64,000 nt of DNA from Lingula anatina. Its lineage: Eukaryota; Animalia; Brachiopoda. The notes beneath the pieces were generated by a model. That model saw only the letters and a program-made list of their open reading frames with translations, did not search any database and was not told the origin of the DNA. The position numbers were made by a program, and so were the translations under genes. The stretch covers positions 16,430,001 to 16,494,000 of the forward strand of contig CM120641.1 of NCBI GenBank assembly GCA_051362555.1. The letters run 5' to 3'. Below, piece by piece: positions 1 to 13,800 of the stretch; the first letter of the stretch is position 1; each line of letters starts with the position of its first letter.

Positions 1-1
1 A

Positions 2-3000
2 CCGTCAAAGAAGCGTCCATATTCCCGACAGAGGTCTTCTACTACAGAAGGTGAAACTAAACTGCCACTATCTGTGCCTGGTCGACTGAGAACTCAAACA
101 TCATTGGATGAGAGAGGTGAGGTATAAAATACTACACTAGACAAATAGAAACTTTTTCTTTGCATGTAGAAAAGAAGGCGGAGTTTAAAAAGATTGTGGG
201 TTTTGTGCAAAAGTGGTTAATTTCAGTAGGAGGTTATGCAGATGTTAGAATGTTTTCTTAGTTGTCAGTATTTGTTTCCACTTGATTTAAAACTGAAATA
301 TGGAGTGCCAAACTAACTGATTTGATGAATTTAAAATAGAAGATTTTTTTACTGGATTTTCCAAGAGAAGAAGAGGTAAGATTAAGATTAAGGAAGGCAT
401 TGTGTAGAGGGCAAAACAAACTGCCATTTCATAGTTCACAGTATTAGTGCATGTAGAATAGCTGGAGTCTTCTAATGTGTCTTAAGCACCATGATATACT
501 ACCCCAGTTTGCAAAATAGATACAAATCATATGCCCTAGTTACTCTTCCAGGTGCCCTGCCCAGAGCAGTGTCCCGGCCACGCCCAGATCTCCTCCCGAC
601 TATGTCGACCCCACCCCCGCCATTCTCTGAGGCCATAGCAACAAGGCAGGGCTTTGCAATACAGGCTGACAACAGTGACAATGAGGAGGATGTGTTTGTA
701 GATGATCACGGGTAGGTGGGCCCATGTGCCACAGGGTGTGAATGAAGATGGTTGTGTCGGCAGCTTTTTCAGTTTTTATGCATTTACATTTGTGAAAATA
801 ATAACCTGGAATTTGTTCTTAACATAGGGGAGGAAAGAATATTTTTACCCCCTGAACCCTGTTTGGTATGGTTCCATCTGTATTAATTTGTGATATAAAT
901 TTTTGCATTTCTCTTGATCTTAATTTTGACTACAGCCATTAGGCATGATTTTTCATATTGTATAATTACGATTAGTAATTTTTCAGTAAGCAAAAAAGAA
1001 ACAACTTATTTCCCAGATAAATGACTTCCTAGAATAAAAAAAAAAAGATAAAGTCTGCAGGGTATGGTAATTAATTGAACATTACAAATACAATCCATTC
1101 CATTATAATTTCATTTCTTCATGATTTATCACTTAAATTACTCTCAAAAATGCATCTTCTGCCATGAAACCAACTCACTTTTCAAAACTTTTAAAATCAA
1201 CATTTCTGTTAATTGTTAATAAATACTGCTTTTGAAAATATAATGGATTCATTTTGTTTTTCAAATTTAATGAATAAATAACCTAATATATTCAATGTGT
1301 TTCAGACATGCCAGCACTTCCAGTCAGCAGGGTGCCAGTATTCCTATGTCAAGTACAGCATTCCAAGGTACACCCAATTCCTACTCTTCTACTACTGCTA
1401 TACCAGCAGGGGAGCATGCGGGGAGTGATGTGTCCCTAGATGCCCTAGCACGTGTACGGGGCTCGCCCGCGCTTAGTGTATCAGTATCAACACCCACACG
1501 TACTGAATTTACAGAGGGCACGCCCTCCTTCACGGCCTCTAGTCCAAGTTGTTCCAGCGATATTTTCTTAGGTAACTATGTCGGTGTGGTGTAAGCAGAG
1601 GCCTCATTTGTGGGTAGATGTGGATTATGTGAGCTCCAGCTGCTTCTGGTCTTCAGACTCTGACCCTTTATATTTCAGTATCCTTAGTGTTTCTTTTCCA
1701 GCTTGTTATAATACTTGGTCAATTTGGATTGTATTCTGTACGCTATGTGGGTTGGCACGCGTGTTTTCTCACCGAAAGCAGGCACTAAGAGAGTTTTTTC
1801 TGTAGTTTTATGCACTCCCCCTTTTGTGGTTCAGCACATTGAAAAGTGCAAATATATTTTGATGCTTGTTGCTGCACCTGTAACTGAAGTAGCCTTGTTA
1901 ATGGTTTAACACACCAGTGTGCAAATCTGTGTTCAGTTGTGTGATTATTTCAGTATGCTCTAATCATCCATATTACTGTTTGAAAATGCTGCTTCTGTAC
2001 CTTTTGTTTTATTGTTGTTGACATCAGTGCTTGAGCTTCATGAGTACTTGATCTGCAAGCCCTCTCCTGCTTGCTGTTTTGGTGGTTTCTCAGCATGAAA
2101 ATATCCTGTCTTTCGTATGAAACTACGTAATGGCCTTGTGTTAAATCAAGAGATTCCCTGATCATATGTGATTCTATTCTAATCTCATCACGATCCTGAT
2201 GTGGATCTGGTTGTTGCAATAATATGAGTGTATCTCCTGCAATATCTTTGTCTGCTTCTTTGCTTACCTGGCTTGTGTTACTGAGCCAGATGTTGATGTC
2301 CCTGCCTGTTGTAGTTTTGTATAGCTACAGAAGGCACATCTCCTTAAGAAGTGTCTTCACAACATTTGATGTTGATTAGAATGGGTAATTTCGATGCAGT
2401 TGATGCATATGCAATTTATTAATAAGTTCTGTAAAGTTGTTGATAAAGTTCTTATGTCTTTGCTTGAATACTTGATAATAAATGTGCTGGATAGATAGAA
2501 ATGTAGTTATTTTAACTTAAGGTTATGCATGGAAGCAGCATGACATGCATGCTTGAAAATTTGAAATGACTACTAACAAGAAATATCACCTTTGTCCTTT
2601 TGTGATGAGATTAGATGCTTATTAATCAAAGACAGGGCATTTTATTAGAACTGCATGGATTTAGTTACCAGAAATTGAAAAAAATTCAATGTTATAAGGC
2701 ATGGACATTAAGTGCACACAGGACTTACCTGGTTACTGTCTCAGTAAAAAGAAAATACTGTATGTGGTTTCAGAGGGAAATGAGCCATCCCAGGCTGTGT
2801 CCATTGAGGACATCCACATCAGCACCCCCTATGATGGTGTTCAGGTAGACGATGATGGTCTACCAACCCCCGGTACCTCAGGAACCACGTCTGGTGGTGC
2901 TAATGTGGTGATGGAACTGGCAACGGCTGTGGCGTCAACAGCAGTGGTGACCACTACAACTGAGCCTATGGATGAGGCCAAGACGACAGAGGAGACCAAG

Positions 3001-5869
3001 TCAGCTGACTTCACTACTCACACAGGGAAGACGACAGATTTATCTCAACTCAGTTCGTCAGCTGCGGGAGATGCAGACCAGACAAATGATGGCAATGTGA
3101 TTGTGGTAAGTTGTGAAACCTTTTATTATGTGTACATTTTTTCACTAGTAAATGCCACATTTTGGTTTTGTATGAAGCACCAAATTATTAACTACCTAAT
3201 TGGTAACAAATATTTTGCTTTGGAGCTGACTCTGATTACATATTTTTCAATATATTATGCTATGGGTATTTAAAGGCTTCTTTTTGTAGTTAGTTTTGAG
3301 ATGGCTTCAGCTCAGTCACTGAGGGAGTTATATATTAAACCATCAAGTGTTGATAACTAACTAATAACATGTATCCATGTTGTTGTTATAAATAAAAATG
3401 TTTGCTTGTTATAGTCATTAGCTTGCTGTGGAATGAATTGTCCTCTTATTAGTTGCACACATATATATATACATGTATGTCTATATATCATTGTGCATCA
3501 TCATCTCATATCTCACATTTCTGTAACAAGGCAGTTTATATGATCTGATTTTGTAAAGCATGTGTCGAACTTAGTTCAAACCACATTAACTGTTATCATT
3601 TGACCTATCTTGTAGTTGGGTGTTGTTTTGTGGAGTATGTACTTTGTTTTTTTGTTCCTTTTTGTCCTCTTTAGAATTCGGTCCACCATCAAACTACCCT
3701 TCCTGCTTCAACTGTGACTTCCGTCCTTGCTCCCCTGCGTAATAGTATCAGTAGAAGTAGCACTAACACTGCAACCATGCCTTCTTTACCTGCTGTGACC
3801 TTCAACAATACTTATCATTCCCTGCTTGGAAAACATCCACAGCAAAATGGACCACTCAGCACTGTGAAACCTGGTGCTGGAGATGTAGAAACCGCTAGAC
3901 ATGGAGACTTGCCAAGGTCTTCCATGCCGGGAGGCTTTGGGAGCCACACTGTCAGACGCTCTATGGCTCTCCCTGGAAATGATCAGCTTTATAGACCAGT
4001 CATTTTACAGAATTTCTCCACCAGGCTCTAAGTTCTTCTGTTATCATTTTTACTAACTTCTCACTTGTATATGTAAGTGTTGTAACATATTTATTTACTA
4101 ATCTTATGTGTGTTTTTTTTTTCTGCATTTCTTGTTTTATGATCTGTGGCGCTTAGATAAAGTGCATGCAAGACTATAATTATGCTCAAATAATTCAGAA
4201 TTGTGTTTTGAATTAAGAATACTCTATTTTGTTGTCAATGAAGGTCTCATTTTTGGTTACCTGCTTGATATCAACTTGTAGAATGACTTGTTAAATGTAT
4301 AATCATTCAGCACAGGACTCTGCATAAGATGGTTGTCTCCATCAACAAATTTTTAAGAATGACTCCAAATGTATGGAAACCAATTGCTTTTGATGCTATC
4401 AGAATCTGAAAAATACTCACATAAAAAATGAGAAGTAGATTATGAAGTTAAAGCAGAGTCCTGCATTGCTTTAAAACCCGCTGGTTATCTACTAGTCTTT
4501 TCAAGTTCCTTAGCCTCAATAAGGCTATCTGATTTATTTATATAACCAATATTTTCAAGTTATCTTCATGTGTGACTCTTCTGTAATTTAACACCAATAC
4601 CTACATGTTTCAAGACACCCCATGCTTAACAACACCAGACCTTCAAAGAGGTAGACTTGTTTTGTTTGATGACACATAATATTATGGTTTTGAATTCTCT
4701 AAACAGTAACACTGTATAGATAACCTGCATGTAGTGTATGAAGTTAAAGTTTAATATATATTTTCTCAATATTTATGCATGTGCATGTGCTATTCTCACA
4801 ATTATTCACTGTTAACTTAAATCAAGAAGAATGGTGTTAAAATTAATATTTGTAAAGAAATGAATGCCAATTTTATTCTGACTCAGATTATACTGTAATT
4901 GTGGTATTTCATACCAAAAAAAAAAAAATGTATGTTCAAAGAATTAAAGGACTTCTTTACTGTATTGTTGCACAGAATACAAACTTTTTCACCAACATTT
5001 TCTTTTGTTAGTTTTATTTCTGAAGCTTGCTTCTTTTGATTATTATTTTCTAGGGAGAGAAGGTGTAGAGTACTTAGGTGAGGTTTACAAGGTGTATTTC
5101 ATAGACTACTCTTACGTCTTAGATGCAGGGTTAGAACTTCAACATTAACTGCTAGAATTTGTAACTAACAAACTTTCAGTTCAAACAATACACCAGCATT
5201 TCAATGACTTTTGGGTTTTAAAATTTATTAGATTTTTTTAGTAAATGCTGAATTTCTAACCCTGAGATTGAAGAACATAGTACAAAGTCAGTGATTCTAA
5301 AGCTGTACACAATCATGCCATTACAGCTGTCTGTTAAGACGGGGTTTGTGTCAAGTTTGGTATAGAGGAGACCGCTTTAGTTCACTGTCCTATAGCTAGC
5401 TAGGAGAGATCATTCTGCTGGTGTGAGGTTATTTGTGGATATATACAATCTAGTGTTGCAAAGTGCCCCACCACTTGTGTCCCTACCTGGTGACCCCCCT
5501 CCCACTCCACCCATCCCCAACTGCCTGTCACTTACCTTCTTGTGTTTAACATTTGTCAAACAAGATTTTAAATGAAAATCATCTGTGGAAAGGTAAGATT
5601 GTTTTTTAATTGTCAATTTTCAAGTCTTATCTGCTTTTGGCAAACCCATCACCAACTACAAGAATAAATGGTTATTTTGAAGTTTTATTTTGGATTGTGC
5701 TTTTCTTTTGACTAAGTGCCTTAAAATGGAAATCACATATGTGTGAACCTTGTGCAAAGATGATTATAAAGCTATTGAAGTCAAAAGACAGTTCAGGGTA
5801 TAAACTGTTAAAAAGTATAATTCATATTTCTCACAAAAAGTTAAGCCTTTCAATGCATAAGCACACACA

Positions 5870-5902
<33 letters not shown>

Positions 5903-6320
5903 AGATGTTGCTTTGTACCATTCCTCTTCCACAATATAACAACCACAGGCAGAAGTGTTTGTAGAAAAGGCCATACTCATTGTTGAGAACTCTACATCTG
6001 CCCTGTATGAACTGATCTCATTGTTGATTTACTCCAACACAGCAGCAGAATGGTCCTGAGACCAGGATATGTAGTTAGTCTAGAAATATAGTGATTGTTT
6101 GGCAACTTTCTGTTTGTTTAACTTTTTTTATTTATACCTTTATACTATGATTTGCAACATTATTTTGCATTTGTGATTTGAAATTTGATTTGAAAACTTA
6201 TTGTTTTAATGTGTTGAATGTGTTAAGTTTCTACTTAACATCTCTTCCAATGTTTTGTAGCTAAGCCATGTTTTGAGTAAAAATCTAAAAACCTGCTCGT
6301 CCCTGTAACTTAGTGACATG

Positions 6321-6366
<46 letters not shown>

Positions 6367-7063
6367 ATATATATTGTTGGAATTATACTAAGAATTGCAA
6401 AAACTTACAATCTGAAGAGCAATATAGTACTTATGAATTGCAAATCATTTGATATCAGAAAAATTGCAAGTTGTCAGAAAAACAACATGAAATATGATGT
6501 GAAGGTGAGGAAAGTGTTGTTTCACTGATCACTATTTTCAATAAACAGAAAACCTTATACCACTCATATTCTCCTCAACAATATTAGGATGTGTTGATTC
6601 CATATGCTTTAAGTATAGCTATGGAAGCCAAACAACATCAAATTATTATACTTCTCAATTTTTTTAAAGGAATTCTCTTTACATATGAATTCAATATACA
6701 AAAAGTTTTTAACACACATCTGACACAAACATCATGCAAGCACTGATGTGAAATTATTTCTTTGCATCACAGATGTTTTGGGGATGTTTGTATTTCTGTT
6801 TATAAAATCAAAAAACAGATAGCTTAAAAGTGGCAGATTTTATCAGTGCTTGTAATTTTTTTCATAAGATCAAAACATTTACCCGTTTCTTCATTTTAGA
6901 CTTATCTGTAGAAGATGGTGCCACAGCAGATTCCAGGAGGGCACTGGAACCCAACAGAAAACGTTTTCAGTCCGTGGGAGACATCACCCAGTCGTCACTA
7001 CAAGAATTCCATGGAAGTTGTCACAGATTTGGAACTACTAGACACAAACATGCAAAGTACTGA
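2..7063 (+). CDS. 3' part of an unidentified multi-exon gene encoding a Ser/Thr-rich, probably disordered C-terminus; gene starts before the window
   Basis: Phase-compatible GT-AG exons: <2-~116 (PSKKRPYSRQRS...LRTQTSLDER), ~552-~711 (ALPRAVSRP...VFVDDH), ~1306-1571, ~2774-3105 (EGNEPSQ...DGNVIV|gtaagt), 5565-5592 (ILNENHLWK), 6900-7063 (DLSVEDG...RHKHAKY*). Followed by an AT-rich 3' UTR-like stretch with AATAAA/ATTAAA motifs to ~9400. No domain recognised. Confidence 0.7.
3676..4031 (+). CDS. Alternative terminal exon of the same unidentified gene
   Basis: Polypyrimidine acceptor (tttgtcctctttag|AAT TCG GTC) in phase 0, matching the 3105 donor; frame open to TAA at 4031 (...VILQNFSTRL*). 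Confidence 0.6.
5862..5899. repeat. (CA)n microsatellite
   Basis: Seen directly. Confidence 0.95.
6323..6364. repeat. (TA)n microsatellite
   Basis: Seen directly. Confidence 0.95.
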
Positions 7064-9474
7064 CATCTGTAGGGAATAATTTCTTGTTGAAATCCTTAGA
7101 AAGAGATGCTGATTGTTACTCTAGACTTTTCTCAGTAACGTATACTGGGTGAGGATCTGTACTTCTTACAGAAGGCTATATAAAAGATAATACAGAAAGG
7201 TATTTTGATATATTTGGAACAAATAGGAATCATTCTGTGTATATAATATAAGGAAGAGAAGAAATTAAGAGTAACCAGACATCTGCATGCAATGGTATTC
7301 CCGAGAATTTTCTCAGAAAAAAGATGGGGGATGTTTTTTGCATGTAGGACATATCTAATGTGGCTATGATTCTTTCAAGCTGAAGCATGTTCAGTTAAGA
7401 TATTGTCTATGTTTACAAGTCTAGCATGCTAACAGAAATTATACTCTTTAGAGCACAGTTCCAGTCACTGGTGCCAATGGACTTTTCCAAAGTGTACGCA
7501 CAAATTTTGTCTGTCACAAAATTAGTACACCGAAGACCTATTTTAGGTGAAAGCCATTCGCGTTTCTAACATTCGTGTCTGAATATGCAAATGAATTATG
7601 TGAAAAAACTACACACGGTGCATAAGGAATACACCTGTAGGTACCTTTGTAATGTCTTATTGTACCTCACAAACATGCTTGCACATGTGTTTTGGTGAGG
7701 TGGTCAAATAGTGATGTATCCTGTATATTTTCTGTGTGGCATGTGTCTGTGTGTTACTGAATCCATAGATGTGACTGAATAGGCCATTCTTTCATGAGGA
7801 GATTGGTTTTCATCACTGGAGCCATATGGAGATCTAGTCTTGCACTTTTTGGAGGTCAGGAATCCATGTTGTATACAGAACACAGAGAAAGCATTTTGAT
7901 TTTGCAGGATAATGGTGAGGAACACGTAAAATGGTGGCAACAGTTCACATTGGGAGAAATTTCACGTAGAAAGATTGTCATATTTATGCACCAGTCTGTG
8001 TGGGACTGACTACAGACTTTAGATTGTCTCTGTGAAGACTTGGACCTGACCAGAGCATTGTGATCAAATTAAATGTTTCATTTCAAATAGAATTCACTGT
8101 CAGTCCTTGTGCAACTCCTAACGTGCATGCATTTCTTGCAAAAGGATAAGGAAGGCAGTGTTTTAGCAATTTGCTATTTGTGTAAAGCAGGCGATGCTTG
8201 GATAGTGATTTGTAACAGCGTATTTAGTTAATATGTTCTTAATTTGTCCCTGTATTTATAGCTGTAACTCTCAGATGACCTTGATACTCAAGATTCATTT
8301 ATGAATAAATACTTCATCTCCAAAAGAAGGTGGGGTCTTTCTCCATTTAAAAACATTTTGTAGTGCCTATGTAGATTTTTTTGTGTAATAAACCTAGTCT
8401 GTGATTTAGATATTGCGTAGTTTTAGATTTAACAAGTAGATTGGACACCTTCATTTTATTTTTGGAAGGAAATTAGTTAAGAATTGTCTTCAAAGAAAGT
8501 GCTGAGGTGCACATGATATCTTTCCTTCAATTTCATGATTTTTTTCCTCATTCTCAAGCATTTAATTGGTCTTTTTGTGTTATGTCAATTTTTTAATAGC
8601 TTTAGGTATTAGATTGAGCTGGAATAAAGACAAAAGCACAAATTAAAAGAAATGATTATTGATTTAGTAAAAAAAAAAAAAGTCAATTACATGTATACTG
8701 ATAATGTCAATATGTCAGTTGAAACCAAGAGTTAAGAAGTTGACAATATTATTCTATATGTATTATATTAACATTAGTGACTCTTTTTTTATCCAGTATT
8801 ACAATGATAAACGGTGAAGTTTTGGATAACAAAACCAACACGCTTCTTGAGCCAAAGAACAAATACCTATTATAGTTGAAAATCCAGGACAAGAATTTAG
8901 AAAAGTTGGTAGCGTTTTAGGTGGTGCTATTTGACATGTGCTAACGGACAGATTGCAAACTTGCTATCAACCTTGGTGATAATAATGAATGATAAATGAA
9001 TGTCCAGGTCATTTGGGTTTATATCAGTCAAATATATATATATATATTCAGATGTTGTAATTGTGCTCTGTGTTGAATTTGTTTTAATGTGTGTTAATAG
9101 TTATACAGCGCACTTGTTATGTTCCTTGATTACGTACATTTTGAAAATTGTCCTTGTGTGGAACATAATTCATACCACGTGTTAAGTCATTAGGAGATAT
9201 TTCGTTTGACTGTACATATTTATAACAGGGATAAGGGATACGTTTAATATAATGTAAATTATTTCTTAGCTAACTTATTATTATCATTATTACTTGAGGA
9301 CTACAGCTTCTGTATATAGCTGCAGTAATTGTTGTATTGTGCCTTGAAAACTGGGCTGATCTGTATACTCTGTACAAAAGTGTTGGAATTGCATATTAAA
9401 ATATGATTTGAAGAAAAGTTGTCATGGTTGTTGTTTATATTCAAAATTGTTATAATAATTTAATCAAGAGAAAG

Positions 9475-9500
9475 CCCCCCCCCCCCCCCCCCCCCCCCCC
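9475..9500. repeat. Poly-C homopolymer (26 nt)
   Basis: Seen directly, between the presumed 3' end of gene 1 and the chitinase-like gene. Confidence 0.95.
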
Positions 9501-10876
9501 ACTGAATATAACGCAAATGTTTGCGTCCATCTATGTTGCCTTCTTTTCGTTCAAATAACTATGACCCATCGCTTATTTTGCGTCTTCGAATCTAAAACCA
9601 TACATTCCGTATCAAAGATGCACAGTGTAAGATTTTTTATTTTTGTTTTTGTTTTGTTTTTTGGTTGGAAGCTCGAACTTAACATATTTGCCGATGGTAG
9701 GCGGTATTTTTCGCCGTTTAACCAACCTTTGATCCTCCCTTCCAGACACTCCCCATAACTCTGTAGCAACGTCCCAACTCTGCTTAAGCGCCTTGCATAG
9801 TATTTCAAATATCGTCATCCCCTCGGGCCTAATGCTCGCACTGACCCTTGTAGTTTAGGAGGAGGTGACAAATTTATAATTACCTTTTGCGACATAAAAT
9901 TATGGCAAAATATGATCAGGAAGTGTCACTTGTCCTCAAATAACTTCATCAAGAAGTGGTTTAAGTCCTGGGCGTGTGTTAAAACTGCGTTTATACCTTG
10001 CCACTCTGATGGTAAGTATAAATTTGTCTTCACTAATGTCATCGGTCAAGTGAATTCAAGGTACCTTACTAAGGCTCTTTTGACGCAATAAAGTTGAATA
10101 ATAGATCTGGATAAAAGACGCCCGTGTCAAAATTAAATTAATTAAGATTTATTAATCCCATTAAATCACAGGCTTGGCTTGGAGGACGCCATCTCTGATT
10201 TATATAGCGCTTTCTTACGATTTTCGACATTTATTCCAGCCCAAATCGTCTAAAAAAGGACTTCATTTTCTTTAACTAGATCGGTCCGTGTTGACCGCTT
10301 AAATTTTGATAAATCTGTACGCCTTGTTTGACCAAATATGATTTATCGATTAAAACCACAGTAGAATACCATACCTGTCACTAACTCCAAAGGACAATTA
10401 TATCGGGCCTTTTACTCGTTGGTGCCATTTGTGTAAGAGAAATTCAACGTCTGACCAAAGGGGCAGTTTGTAGACCACTTCAGACATTGTTTAAAAATCC
10501 ATATGCTTAAAAAATCAGTCGCCCACTTCTTTTCTTGTGCAGGCGGTGTTGTAAATTTGAAGTCCCACAAAAAGTGCAATATGAAGTCCCTCGAGAGCGC
10601 AACAATCACACTCCTCGAAATTACCACTCCCAACACGAAAGTGTGGAACAAGCATCCTTCATTAGATGAATGTTGTAGCCTGGCAACCTAACATAGCCGG
10701 GCGGCTTCCAGAGATATCAATAATTTAACCGTGAACAAATAACTATTTACGTGACAAAAGGTAAGGTGTTGTCATTACTTGTCAGCTTAGGACGATTCCT
10801 GTAATTACATGCATATTGACACACATGGTCATACTTATGAACAGGTGCACAGCGATCCAACGGGTTGTCAAAAAGT

Positions 10877-13800
10877 ATGGTAAGTTTCCTATGTTGCAGT
10901 AAGTGTAAAAAAACTACTCTGATGATTTTTTCTATAAAGATGTATCTGGCTTAAAGTCGTTAAAATATTTATTTGTTTTCATCAGTACAGACATTGCGAT
11001 AATTGGTCTTGTGATCCATGGAAATAGAAAGGGTGGGCGACACATTCAAGTGTTTCCTGAAAGGGATAACAGCAACTTAATGTTTAAAGCAGTTATGCTT
11101 ACTTTTCAACACGTCTTTGATCAAACTGGGGAGAAAAATTGATTATTTAAGTCAACACAAGCTGTTTTCTTTTATGCGTATCATTATGTAAATCAAACGG
11201 AAACCTTAAACCCTCAATGTATCAAGGGGATCCGAAAACGGCGCCACCTTAAGCATTTCAGACTTCTTTAATTTGACGTATAAGTAAGACATTAAGACAC
11301 ATATAATATATACTTCAAGTTTAAAATAAGGCGTTATAGGATATTTAGGCAGTTGTCCGCACTTGTTCATTTTTATGTCTTATTTACAGGATTTCTGCAG
11401 TCGGCTGGCCGTCGTGGTCATCTTCCATGTTCTGTACCTCGTTTCGCAAACCCAAGTTGACGGTACATCTGATTATGGAATTCTAAGTCTTCAGCAGATT
11501 CTACCATGTAAGTTATCGTCTAAGTGCTGTTTTCATAGCAAACGGTCAAGTGATACCCCCCTCCCTACAACATTCAATCAAATTGTTACGTGCAAGTACG
11601 ATACCCTTCTCCTGCTAATTAGAACATTATCCTTTTTCCTCTTCTTCTCCTGCTTCATCTCTCTCTCTATAGATTTTTCTCTCTCTCTCGTTCTGGCAGT
11701 CGAACTAGGCCAACACACTACTCTGGAATGTGCAGTTGCCGTGGCGACTGAATAGTAAATGAAAATAGTAATGAAAAAACTATTTGTTGCATTCACACGT
11801 GTGTTAGATGGCATGTAATGATTATCACCATTTATTTTCCCGTGTTTTTGCACACCTGAGACTAGTTATCTGTGGCATTGATGTAGATGGACAATAGGTG
11901 AAACCGCCACCATCTAATTAAACACCAATGCTTTGAATGTGAAAAACGCATAAAACGATGCATAAATAAATCACACTTTGAGACACCACGGAAATTTGTG
12001 TGGTGTGTATGTGTGTGTACTAATGCTACAGTAGTACATATTTCAAGCCAGTCTAATCAGAATACTGTTCACAATTTACCACAATGAATAAGACATCAAA
12101 CCAGGGTTAATGGTGTAAGGGACTCAAAAGTTAACTGCCATAATTTGGTCGCAATGCTGGCATTTGTACGACATCATAAAACCTGACTGTCTTTTCTATA
12201 CTGAATCATTCGAGATATTAAATAGATAAATAAATAAATGAGTATATGTTTTGCGTCAAATTCATTCGACAGGAAACTGCAATACTATTTTCATTGTAAA
12301 TAAAAAGTGTAGCTGTGCTATTTAGCCCGATATATTTTAAAAAAATCGTCAAAGATAGGATTTCTGGATGTCTTCTGCTCCATAGTTTTAATTGTAAATC
12401 AGATAGACTCTCTTCCATGGATAATGATATGAAAATGACAGTGTAAAAATTAATCTACGTCTACTGGCTTATGTCATCTTTCCAACAGCCTTTGAATAAT
12501 TACACTGACATTTGGATTGGTATCAACATAAAGGGAACACAGACATTAAATAAATGCCTCTGTTAAAGATTTATTCGGTAAAGCACCCGCTAGGTAGAGT
12601 TAGTCAGCAAAATTTAAAATTAAATGTGATAAATATTCGAAGCATGAATAATTTCCCAGCAACAGTTTTTAGGCCTTCTAAAATGTCACTGATCAGTAGT
12701 AGATACATGTACAGTATGATATCGTCAAAACTGATGCAGCAAAATTATTCTACGTCATTGTTGGACATTTATCCTTTTAGTAAACATCGATACTCTAGAT
12801 GAAGTGTATAAACCCTTTGACGATAGATATAAGAGGATATGCTTCGTCGATCGAGCCTCTTTCACACGGCCTGGCCGCGGGAGATATAAACCCAGTTTTC
12901 TGACCGGAATTCTATGTACACATCTGGTGTACGCATTTGCTACCATCAGCATTGAAAATGGAGAAATTGTGCCTTTTAACGAAAATGTCGCAGAAGAAGA
13001 AGGTAAGTGAAATGATATTGTCATATTATACGTGAATCACATCAATAGGCACTAATGAGTCATTTATTACGGAAGAGAATACAAATTAGTTGCATCAAAA
13101 TCTCACATGGAATGTATAGAGTACTAGTGTGTTGTTTAGGGGAGACCGGGGCTAGTTAGACTCCGGGGTAAGTTGCCCCCCCCCCCTCCCCCATCAAGTC
13201 TCTTTAATAAATTACTTTAAGATGCTAAATTATTTCATTTGGACTCACTGCCGACGCTTTCTTAGCGCTGTTGGATACGGCCACTTTATAAAATGATGTG
13301 ATCATTTCTTTTACCCCATAGTTACTTTGTCAGTAATTGATGGGGGGCCAACTTACCCCTGGGTCCAACTAGCCCCGGTCTCCCCTAATGTTTGGCAGTT
13401 ATGATGAATCCGATCACTTATTACTGGTGCATTTTTACTAAGGCTTAACATACGTGCCTATTGTTATACTCTTCAGGGTTTTACCGCCAACTGGTAGATT
13501 TAAAGAGGTACACCCCCAGACTGAAAGTGATGATATCAATAGGAGGTTGGGCAGTGGGCTCCCTCCCTTTCCACATGATGGCTTCCGACCAAAACAAGAT
13601 ACTCCACTTCACCAGAAGTGTGGGCGGATTCCTAAACAAGTATGGCTTTGATGGTGTGGACATCAACTGGTGCTATCCTGGGAGTTTGGGCAGCCCCTAC
13701 ACTGACAGGCTCAAATACATTGAACTGATGTCGGTGAGATTATTTTCTATCCCTTCTCTCCTTCATTTTGGACTGATTCTTTAGTTTGATGGAAGGCAAT

